A DNA stretch of 49,508 nt, taken from Terriglobales bacterium (GTDB lineage: Bacteria > Acidobacteriota > Terriglobia > Terriglobales > Acidobacteriaceae). The DNA lies in NCBI GenBank assembly GCA_049698855.1, contig JBAVYO010000234.1:1-49508 (forward strand). Reading direction: 5' to 3'. Shown here one piece after another: positions 18,622 to 25,470 of this stretch (its first letter is position 1; every line of letters starts with the position of its first letter). The notes under the pieces were generated by a model. That model did not search any database, was not told the DNA's origin, and was given only the letters and a program-made list of their open reading frames with translations. The position numbers and the translations under genes are program-made.

Positions 18622-18653
18622 CTAATTAGGGCAAGGATATACTTGACCCGACC
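18622..18653 (+). repeat. Left 32-bp inverted repeat: ctaattagggcaaggatatacttgacccgacc
   Basis: The reverse complement of 20457-20488 is ctaattagggcaagaatatacttgacccgacc, with a single mismatch. Confidence 0.9.
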
Positions 18654-18671
18654 ACGCTATTTCTGTATTAT
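18643..18671 (+). promoter_or_regulatory. Sigma70-like promoter: TTGACC - 17 nt - TATTAT, reading into the cassette
   Basis: The -35 (18643-18648) lies inside the left repeat, and the -10 is at 18666-18671. The first ATG (18679) is about 7 nt after the -10, giving a leaderless or very short leader. The next ATG is at 18694. Confidence 0.55.
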
Positions 18672-18678
18672 TTGAGTC

Positions 18679-19173
18679 ATGGAGAACAAGGCCATGACCG
18701 AACCTAAGAGTCTGCAAGAAGCAATCGTCTACTTCTCGAACCCCGACAACTGCATTGACTATCTCGCTGTCCGCCGTTGGCCGAACGGTAAGGTTGTCTG
18801 CCCCACTTGCGGTTGCGAGACTGTCAAATTCAGCGAGAAGCGCCGAACTTGGACTTGTGCGAAGCATCATGCAAAGCGCGAGTTCTCCATCAAGATCGGC
18901 ACCGTCATGGAAGATTCCGCTATTCCTTTGGACAAATGGCTCACCGCAACTTGGCTGGTCACCAACTGCAAGAACGGAATCAGTAGCTATGAGATTGCGC
19001 GTGATGTGAAGGTCACCCAAAAGTCGGCATGGTTCATGCTTCACCGGATTCGCCTTGCTATGCGGGACGATTTCTTCGGTTCCAAACTGGGCGGCGAAGT
19101 CGAAGTCGATGAGACTTTCATCGGCGGCAAAGCGCGAAACATGCACGCCTTGGAGTCGGAAACGCGGGCCTAA
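18679..19173 (+). pseudogene. IS1595-family (ISXO2-like) transposase, N-terminal 164 aa only: Zn-ribbon plus HTH, with the DDE domain missing
   Basis: 'FSNPDNCIDYLAVRRWPNGKVVCPTCGCETVKF...WTCAKHH..FSIKIGTVMEDSAIPLDKWLTATWLVTNCKNGISSYEIARDVKVTQKSAWFMLHRIRLAM'. It stops just after 'VEVDETFIGGKARNMH', where the DDE domain normally begins. Confidence 0.75.
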
Positions 19174-19457
19174 TCCGCCGCGCTCTCAGTCTCGCCCCGA
19201 AAACTGATGCGATCCGCAATTTCCCCAAGAGCCTGATAGGACTTCTGGAAACTGTCCACATTTGGGCGAATGGCACTGTCGTATTGTTTCCTGCATCCGG
19301 GACAATCCTTCGGACAAAAGGCATTGTCATATTTTTGAGCCAATTCGTGCGGTTCCTTCATGTCGAGAGTAACGACCGTCTTACAAAGCGGACACTCGAT
19401 AGAAACGAATCGCAGATCGGCAAGCGATACTACAAGTTGTTTATGCATGAGCAACAT
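19170..19457 (-). CDS. Hypothetical 95-aa Cys-rich (possible zinc-ribbon) protein
   Basis: It has a CPLC...CPKDCPGC pattern. Its ATG overlaps the stop of the upstream 49-aa ORF (TAATG). Its stop overlaps the transposase-fragment stop by 4 nt, in convergent orientation. Confidence 0.5.
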   Translation of the reverse strand: MLLMHKQLVVSLADLRFVSIECPLCKTVVTLDMKEPHELAQKYDNAFCPKDCPGCRKQYDSAIRPNVDSFQKSYQALGEIADRISFRGETESAAD

Positions 19458-19606
19458 TATGGTCGCTCTTTTCTTGCCGTGGAAGCCCTAGCCCGCTTTT
19501 TCTGTGCTCGTTTACGCCTCCACTCTTTGTCGCGCTTCTGGATTTCTTCGTGGGACACAGATAGAAGCCTTCGCACCACAGCATCGAACTTTTCGCTCTC
19601 GGTCAC
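19457..19606 (-). CDS. Untracked 49-aa basic protein (GTG start): VTESEKFDAVVRRLLSVSHEEIQKRDKEWRRKRAQKKRARASTARKERP
   Basis: The GTG overlaps the TGA of the DUF3800-like gene (GTGA) and is preceded by 'agaaaggggg'. Its TAA overlaps the next ATG (TAATG). It is too short for the supplied ORF track. Confidence 0.5.
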   Translation of the reverse strand: MTESEKFDAVVRRLLSVSHEEIQKRDKEWRRKRAQKKRARASTARKERP

Positions 19607-20361
19607 GCCACCCCCTTTCTCTTGTCTTCCAATTCTTTGATAGCCTCAAGGCCCCGTTTGTCTATCCAGTGAGAATAGATACTAGCCTTCATGCCCAGCA
19701 TGGTTTCTAGGGCTTTCCTCATATCTCGACCCGTCCACAGCGTGTCATCCAAGCGTCGCATTAGTTCGTAGGCAATCAAATCGGCGCTTTGTAGTCCTAC
19801 GTCTTCTCGCCAAGTGAGCGGGGTAATGCTCACAAAACGGTGCCGTCTCGGCCATGTTGGGTCATCAACTAAACTGTTATAGCCACGCAACGCCCCTTCG
19901 TCCCAGTCGCCGTGATCATGGATGATTGCAACCCGATCCTCACTCTTCGCGTCATCCATCGCATGGGCTATTTCTACCATTATTTCTTTCATACACAGGA
20001 CGTAAGCGTCAGACTCGTCGGCAGTGGGAAATATCTCAACCATTGCCTTTAGGTCTATACCGCAGGCAACGCACGTCATGGCCGGACTGCTAACGAACTT
20101 TAGAAGCTTGCGCACTAGCCTAAGTTTTCTATTCGCCTCTTTTTCCCATCCAGTGAATTCCCCGTCGTTGGCGTTCATCTGAGCCGCGTGGTACCGAGAT
20201 ATTTGCCTATCAGGTCCGAGGGTCCGATTTTCGTAGGCGATGGCCTTCTGCCATCTCTTCTGCAATCGCTTCCATTGGTGGTCGTTTGCAATCCAACCGC
20301 CCACCATGAAACTCCTCTTCTCTTTGTAGCTTTCATCAAACTTGAACGTGAGGACAGCCAT
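19603..20361 (-). CDS. DUF3800-like protein
   Basis: N-terminal 'LTFKFDESY' (DES motif) and C-terminal 'GLQSADLIAYEL' (QxxD motif), both typical of DUF3800. The ATG at 20361 has a GGAGGG Shine-Dalgarno sequence. The ORF-track start at 20415 would lie close to the predicted transcription start. Confidence 0.6.
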   Translation of the reverse strand: MAVLTFKFDESYKEKRSFMVGGWIANDHQWKRLQKRWQKAIAYENRTLGPDRQISRYHAAQMNANDGEFTGWEKEANRKLRLVRKLLKFVSSPAMTCVACGIDLKAMVEIFPTADESDAYVLCMKEIMVEIAHAMDDAKSEDRVAIIHDHGDWDEGALRGYNSLVDDPTWPRRHRFVSITPLTWREDVGLQSADLIAYELMRRLDDTLWTGRDMRKALETMLGMKASIYSHWIDKRGLEAIKELEDKRKGVA

Positions 20362-21790
20362 AACCCTCCGTCCTTTCCTGTCGGGATGAACAATGTGCGC
20401 TATTTCGCAAATCATCGCGCACCCCCGCCCTGACGACCATCATGCGCTTTGCGCTCGGTCGGGTCAAGTATATTCTTGCCCTAATTAGATCCACGATTTC
20501 TTCGGTCTCGCTGGTACCTCCGTGTGCCGCAGCGTTCCGTCGACTCCATGCCCTTTTCTCTCTTTCTCCCAGATCGAGCTGGAGAAGGGCCATAAGATTT
20601 TCCGTAACAAGGCTCTGAGGTCGTGCGTTTAGCCCATCGAGCTTATTCTTCATGATCCCTTTCACCTTCTCATCGACTGCTAGCACCGAAATTGCGCTTT
20701 CCGCAGAAGCCTTGATCCGCTTCCACTCTTCACGTTCGAATAACTTTGTCTTTAGGGCATTCCTATTCGCCTTTAGATATGATCGCTGTAGGGCCTCGAC
20801 AACCGCACCAAAATGGACGGCTGCAATATGCGGTGTCGCACACACGGCGTGCCAATATGCCCAGCTTAGATGACCAAAATCGAGAGCGTCATAGTTCGAA
20901 TAAATCGAATTGACCATTCGGGACAGGACATCCCGATCAAGTTCGCCTTCATAATTCTTTCCCAGAGGAGACGGGGGCAAAGGCGGCAGTTCAAAAGCTT
21001 TTCTTCCTAAACTATAAGCGCTGATCGCCTCAAACGAGGCTAATGCCCAATCTTCGGAAAACGTTGAACACCCAAGATAGACAAAGTATGTGCCCAGCGA
21101 AAAGGAGAGGCATCTTCTTACTTTGTTCCTAAATTCTTCCGTAGGAGCGCCCATATACAAAATGAAACCCGGCTTGCTGACCGTCTTTGCGGCTGCTGGC
21201 GTGGCTGCACAGAGGTAAAGTTCTCGCCCGTCAACACTAATCTTCGCGCAATTCCTGCTTGATGCCGTGTTTCTTCTCCCCGCTTTCAGAACCGGCCCGC
21301 TATTGCCGCCGCAGAGCGTGCGCGTTTTTGTGATCTCAGTCTCATCATCGCAAGTGTCGGGCCAGAGAAAGGAGTCATCCACGTTAGCTAGCCAGTCAAT
21401 GACGTGCTTTGGTTCAAGACTCGGGGCGATAGTTCCCCTAAGGCTGTGTATTGAGCACTCCTCTCGCAATTCACTCTGCGCTGGATCGCCAAAGAATGAG
21501 CTTTTCCAGCCACGCGACTGCACGCCCGCAGCGACGACTTCTATGCCCCTGCCATCGGATAGTGTCACTGCATCAGTGTTAACGCGCACCGTCCCAAGAG
21601 GATAATCAGCGGCAATGCTCGTAGCGGTTTGCTCAGCCCGAGTTTCCATGATCAGTTTAAGTTTTTCATCTCGACTGATAGAGAAACGACGAATGGGAGC
21701 CCGAAGTGGACCGCTATCCACAATATTGAAGGAGTTGTTATTTAGAAGCCTCTCGAAAGATTCCCACTCCCAGTCATACGTCAAAGGCAT
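20336..21790 (-). CDS. Hypothetical 484-aa protein with a C-terminal HEPN-like R-x4-H motif. Its 3' end is probably replaced by the cassette insertion.
   Basis: No family was recognised for the N-terminal ~300 aa. The C-terminal helical region contains 'FGAVVEALQRSY' and 'AWSRRNAAAHGG' (RNxxxH at 20522-20542). The last ~50 codons read through the right inverted repeat and promoter and are Arg/Ser-rich junk. Confidence 0.55.
   Translation of the reverse strand: MPLTYDWEWESFERLLNNNSFNIVDSGPLRAPIRRFSISRDEKLKLIMETRAEQTATSIAADYPLGTVRVNTDAVTLSDGRGIEVVAAGVQSRGWKSSFFGDPAQSELREECSIHSLRGTIAPSLEPKHVIDWLANVDDSFLWPDTCDDETEITKTRTLCGGNSGPVLKAGRRNTASSRNCAKISVDGRELYLCAATPAAAKTVSKPGFILYMGAPTEEFRNKVRRCLSFSLGTYFVYLGCSTFSEDWALASFEAISAYSLGRKAFELPPLPPSPLGKNYEGELDRDVLSRMVNSIYSNYDALDFGHLSWAYWHAVCATPHIAAVHFGAVVEALQRSYLKANRNALKTKLFEREEWKRIKASAESAISVLAVDEKVKGIMKNKLDGLNARPQSLVTENLMALLQLDLGEREKRAWSRRNAAAHGGTSETEEIVDLIRARIYLTRPSAKRMMVVRAGVRDDLRNSAHCSSRQERTEGYGCPHVQV
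20439..20467 (-). promoter_or_regulatory. Sigma70-like promoter: TTGACC - 17 nt - CATGAT, reading into the cassette toward the DUF3800-like gene
   Basis: The same -35 lies inside the right repeat (20467-20462, minus strand), and the -10 is at 20444-20439. Downstream, 'ggacggagggtt' (GGAGGG) precedes the ATG at 20361. Confidence 0.5.
20457..20488 (-). repeat. Right 32-bp inverted repeat
   Basis: See the left repeat. This copy lies inside the 3' tail of the 484-aa ORF. Confidence 0.9.
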
Positions 21791-21828
21791 CCCCCGGCAA
21801 CATCAAGAACCAAACACTATCAAACGCT

Positions 21829-22770
21829 TCAATCCGCAACAACAACTTCTTCCGCCACAACTCGACTTGAAACTTTCGCGCTCGTTACCAGCACAACTGA
21901 CGCCACAATAATCGCACTTCCCATCGCAATGTAGCGGTCGATGCGTTCGTGGAGAACCAGCCATCCGAGAAAGACAGCGACCACAGGATTGACGTAAGCG
22001 TAAGTCGAGACCTTGGACGTGGGAACGTGCTGCAGCAGCCAGATGTAAGCTGTGTAACCAATCCACGATCCGCAGACGACGAGATAGAAGATCGCGCCTA
22101 ATCCGCGCGCGGTCCAGACAACATGCGCGTGGCGCTCAAACGCGAGCGCGTACGCAAGGTTGGCCACGCCCGCGAACACAACTTGCCATGCAGTCGTGCT
22201 GAACGGATCGCCCGCTGCTGTCTTCCACTTCTTAGAGAGCACGGAACCAAGCGCCCAGCTCAACGAGCCTCCTTGGAGCGCGAGAGACCACCAGAACTCG
22301 CGGCGTCCGAACGCAGTGGTTTGCGCCAGCGTTGGCCAGATAAGAACGACGACGCCGAAGATACCAATAATGAGGCCAACCTTGCCGCGCCGCGAGATGT
22401 GATGGTCGCCAAGCAGCAGGCTATCGATCACCTGGAACCATAGCGGACTTACAGCAACCAGCAGCGCGGCCAATCCTGTGGGAACGATCTGCTCGGCATA
22501 AGAGAGCGTGAGGTTTCCGCCCATGAGAAGCAGCGTGCCAACCACGGCCAGATGCGCGAGATGGCGCGCGGAGAAACGGATTTGGCGTCCTGTAGCGGCG
22601 CAATAGGCGAGCATGACGATGCCCGCGACAAGGAAGCGCACCGCGCACATCGTTGCAGGAGGAATCTGCTCGACGGCAATGCCGATGCCGAGATAAGTTG
22701 ATCCCCAGAAGACATAGACCAGGCCAAAGGCGAGGATGATCTTCCACTGACCTGGAGATGACGTGGTCAT
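21829..22770 (-). CDS. EamA/DMT-family transporter
   Basis: Ten predicted TM segments in two EamA repeats, e.g. 'LAFGLVYVFWGSTYLGIGIAVEQIPPATMCAVRFLVAG'. Confidence 0.85.
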   Translation of the reverse strand: MTTSSPGQWKIILAFGLVYVFWGSTYLGIGIAVEQIPPATMCAVRFLVAGIVMLAYCAATGRQIRFSARHLAHLAVVGTLLLMGGNLTLSYAEQIVPTGLAALLVAVSPLWFQVIDSLLLGDHHISRRGKVGLIIGIFGVVVLIWPTLAQTTAFGRREFWWSLALQGGSLSWALGSVLSKKWKTAAGDPFSTTAWQVVFAGVANLAYALAFERHAHVVWTARGLGAIFYLVVCGSWIGYTAYIWLLQHVPTSKVSTYAYVNPVVAVFLGWLVLHERIDRYIAMGSAIIVASVVLVTSAKVSSRVVAEEVVVAD

Positions 22771-22856
22771 GAGATTCGGAGCGGGGAATGGTTAGGATAA
22801 CAGAGGGCGAAGTGGGAACTGTCGAGCGACCAGTCGGCGATAACGCGTGCGAGGAA

Positions 22857-24266
22857 TCAGAGTCCCATTCCAGCGAGGACTTTGCTGGCCGCTTCGGTGC
22901 CGGAGCGAACGCAGTCGGGAACGCCGATTCCGTTGAAGCCGTTGCCGGCGAGAGCGAGGCCGGGAAGTTTGTCGCAGAGGGACTTAATGCGGGCAAGGCG
23001 ATCGAGGTGGCCGACGGAATATTGCGCCATCGCCGATCTCCATTTGTAGACGCGCGTGAACAGAGGCTCGGCATTGAGCGCGATGATGCCGCGCAGTTCG
23101 TCGCGGACAATCTGGAGAATCTGCTGGTCGGAGTAATCGAGGATGGCTTCGTCGCGCGCGCCGCCGAGGAAGCAGCGCACGATGGCACGATTCTCGGGCG
23201 CGCGGTGTGGGAACTTATTGTGCACGAAGGTCGCGGCCAACATGCGGTGTCCTGCGCTGTGCGGGATGAGGAATCCGAAGCCGGGAGGAAGCGAGCGCCG
23301 GACTTTCTCGTCGTAGCCGAGCGTAACCGTGATCGACGAGCTGTAGTTGATGGCGGCGAGTTCACGGGCAAGCGCGTCGTTGGCGGATTGAAGGACGGAC
23401 GCAGCCGCATGCGCGGGCGCGGCGATGATGACGGCGTCGAAGTGATCGGATTGATCTCCAGCGGAGACGATCCAGCCGTTGGCTTCCGGAATCAACCCTT
23501 GCACGACCGTGGAAGGGCGCAACGAGGAAGGATCGAGGCGTGCGAGCAGCGCGTCGACCATTTGCTGCATACCTTCTTTGAGCGAGGTGAACAGCGGGCG
23601 CGGCGGAGCTTTCGCGGTCGCAGCCATCGCCTTCCGCGATGCGAGCATGGCGCGGCCCAGGCTGCCGTGTTTGGCTTCCATATCGGCGAAGCGCGGGAGC
23701 ACCGCACGCACGCTGAGCTGGGAGGCTTCGCCTCCGTAGACGCCGGAGAGCAGCGGATCGGCGAGGAGATCGACCATTTCCGATCCGTAGTGGCGCTCGA
23801 CCATCGCAGCCACGGTCTCGTCGCCAGTTGCCTTATGCGGAGGATGGAACCATTCAGCCGCCATGCGCATCTTGGTGCGGAGCGAGAACAGCGGCGAGAG
23901 CACCGTGGGCAGAATTTTGGTCGGCACCATGAACATCAGGCCGTCGGGCATGACGACGAGCTTGTCGCGGCCGTTCTTGCGCAGCACGATGTAGGTTTTG
24001 CGGTCGGCGTCGTTGGAGCCGATGAGCTGATCTCCAAGTCCGATTTTGCGGCAGAGGTCGGCGGCCCAGGGCTTTTCGGAGATGAAGGAATCGGGGCCGG
24101 CCTCGACAAGGCAGCCATCGACGCGGTCGGTGACAAGGACTCCGCCGAGGCGCGGGGCGGCTTCGAATAGAACGTATTCGATAGACGCTCCGGCTTTGCG
24201 TTTTTCCTCGAGCGAGAACGCGGCCGAAAGGCCGGAGATTCCGCCGCCGATGATGGCGATACGCAT
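22857..24266 (-). CDS. hemY: Protoporphyrinogen/coproporphyrinogen III oxidase (HemY/CgoX type, FAD-dependent)
   Basis: 'MRIAIIGGGISGLSAAFSL' dinucleotide-binding fold, 'GGVLVTDRVDGCLVEAGPDSF', and a C-terminal 'GLALAGNGFNGIGVPDCVRSG'. It lies in a hemE-hemH-hemY context. Confidence 0.88.
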   Translation of the reverse strand: MRIAIIGGGISGLSAAFSLEEKRKAGASIEYVLFEAAPRLGGVLVTDRVDGCLVEAGPDSFISEKPWAADLCRKIGLGDQLIGSNDADRKTYIVLRKNGRDKLVVMPDGLMFMVPTKILPTVLSPLFSLRTKMRMAAEWFHPPHKATGDETVAAMVERHYGSEMVDLLADPLLSGVYGGEASQLSVRAVLPRFADMEAKHGSLGRAMLASRKAMAATAKAPPRPLFTSLKEGMQQMVDALLARLDPSSLRPSTVVQGLIPEANGWIVSAGDQSDHFDAVIIAAPAHAAASVLQSANDALARELAAINYSSSITVTLGYDEKVRRSLPPGFGFLIPHSAGHRMLAATFVHNKFPHRAPENRAIVRCFLGGARDEAILDYSDQQILQIVRDELRGIIALNAEPLFTRVYKWRSAMAQYSVGHLDRLARIKSLCDKLPGLALAGNGFNGIGVPDCVRSGTEAASKVLAGMGL

Positions 24267-24267
24267 A

Positions 24268-24330
24268 AGGCAGGTCTCAGGTGTCAGGTCTTAGGTGTGA
24301 GGTTCTCAGTTCTCGGTTCCCGGTTCTCAG
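24268..24330. repeat. Nine tandem degenerate heptamers (minus-strand CTGAGAA/CCGGGAA/CCGAGAA/CTGAGAA/CCTCACA/CCTAAGA/CCTGACA/CCTGAGA/CCTGCCT) ending 2 nt upstream of the hemY ATG
   Basis: Read directly. The period is 7 and the span is 63 nt. Confidence 0.8.
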
Positions 24331-24488
24331 TTACGCCGCCGATGATGGCTATACGTGGCATAAAGATGCTGCGAGCTACGAGCTTTGAGCTACTAGCTTA
24401 GGCTTTCGGTTCGGCCTATGAACGTAACTGCGACTCGTTGAATAAACTAGCCGCCCGCGAGCGGGCAGTCGTGATTTATCGCCAACTG

Positions 24489-25469
24489 CTATTCCTCTCC
24501 CGGATGAAAGTGCTTGTAAACTGGCGATCCCTTAGGCGCCCAGCTCTTGGCCTTTTCCAACCACGCATTGCGATTCGCAGTATCCCCCAATGCCTCGTAA
24601 GCCGAAGCTAGGTTCATCGCCAGTTCGCTCTTCTCGGCCATCTGAGATTCGGAGTCACCACACAGCGCGATACACTCCTGATATTGCGCGGTGGCGTCCT
24701 TATAGCTTTTCAGATGGAGATAGGCGAAGGCCATTTCACGGCACAGCAACTCATCCTTGGGATTCTTGGCAAATTCACTCTTTGCGACGCGAATCGCATC
24801 TTCGGGTCGCTCTGTTGCGTTGTAAGCATACGTAAGCTCGAAAACAACTCGTGGCGCGTCGGGCCTTTCCTTATAGGCGGGTTCGAGAAATCCAAGCGCT
24901 CGCTTGGAGTCTCCAATGCCGTTGTAAAAAAATCCCCAATTGACTTTGTGAATTACTGGATCAGCCTCGTCTTCGTAGTACTTCATCCAGTCCGGTCTCT
25001 GGGGCAGCTGGAGCTGTGCTAAAGCGCGGGCGGGAAGCAGCGCCGCAATTCCATTTTGATCCAAACGAATCTTCAAGCTGGCTTTGTCCGAAGGGAGGGG
25101 GTTAGGTGCGGCATGATAGTTGCCACCGTCATCAATTGTGAAGCGTCCAAAATAATGCAGCGTGAATCCCGCTTGCGGGTCAATGTAGACGAAGCCGTAA
25201 GTGTAGTCAGCATCGTCTGGCTTGTGATATAGAGCCACCCACCGATTTTCGCAATCAGACATGCGAACGTCGTAGCTGAGACCCGCGATCTTTCTAATTG
25301 GGTCGTCAGCAATACCCCCAGCGTTGCTATGCTGAACCGCGCCGTAAAGCTCGGACAGTATCTGTTTTGCCAGGGCATCCGTCTGTGGGTCGCTCTTGCG
25401 GGACGAATCCTGAGCGGCGGCGAAACATGAAAACGTTAGGCAAACCACTATGATCCAGACTCGACGCAT
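24489..25469 (-). CDS. Secreted TPR-like repeat protein (hypothetical)
   Basis: Signal peptide 'MRRVWIIVVCLTFSCFAAAQ'. The C-terminal half has TPR-like helices ('ALGFLEPAYKERPD', 'AFAYLHLKSYKDATAQYQECIAL', 'LASAYEALGDTANRNAWLEKA'). Its start is 1 nt after the hemH stop. Confidence 0.65.
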   Translation of the reverse strand: MRRVWIIVVCLTFSCFAAAQDSSRKSDPQTDALAKQILSELYGAVQHSNAGGIADDPIRKIAGLSYDVRMSDCENRWVALYHKPDDADYTYGFVYIDPQAGFTLHYFGRFTIDDGGNYHAAPNPLPSDKASLKIRLDQNGIAALLPARALAQLQLPQRPDWMKYYEDEADPVIHKVNWGFFYNGIGDSKRALGFLEPAYKERPDAPRVVFELTYAYNATERPEDAIRVAKSEFAKNPKDELLCREMAFAYLHLKSYKDATAQYQECIALCGDSESQMAEKSELAMNLASAYEALGDTANRNAWLEKAKSWAPKGSPVYKHFHPGEE

Positions 25470-25470
25470 T

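Larger units (their letters stand above)
18622..20488. mobile_element. IS1595-derived cassette bounded by 32-bp inverted repeats and carrying passenger genes. The DDE domain is lost, so it is probably non-autonomous.
   Basis: Terminal inverted repeats match 31/32. The left repeat sits 25 nt upstream of an IS1595-type transposase N-terminus. The interior is more AT-rich than the flanks. No clear 8-bp target duplication was found, only GGAT/GGAC flanks. Confidence 0.6.

Noticed and set aside
20362-20415. Longer start (20415) for the DUF3800-like gene
   Set aside because: It would add 18 residues lying close to the predicted transcription start of the right-repeat promoter and would overlap the upstream ORF by 80 nt. 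The ATG at 20361 has a GGAGGG Shine-Dalgarno sequence.
22421-23410. 329-aa minus-strand ORF overlapping the EamA and hemY genes
   Set aside because: It is out of frame with two well-supported genes, and its Ser/Arg/Pro/Ala composition is low-complexity.
22788-24170. 460-aa plus-strand ORF
   Set aside because: It is the antisense shadow of hemY, with an Arg/Gly/Ala/Asp-rich composition and no motifs.
24268-24330. Possible CRISPR or other spaced-repeat array
   Set aside because: The units are contiguous 7-mers without spacers, so this is a simple microsatellite-like array.
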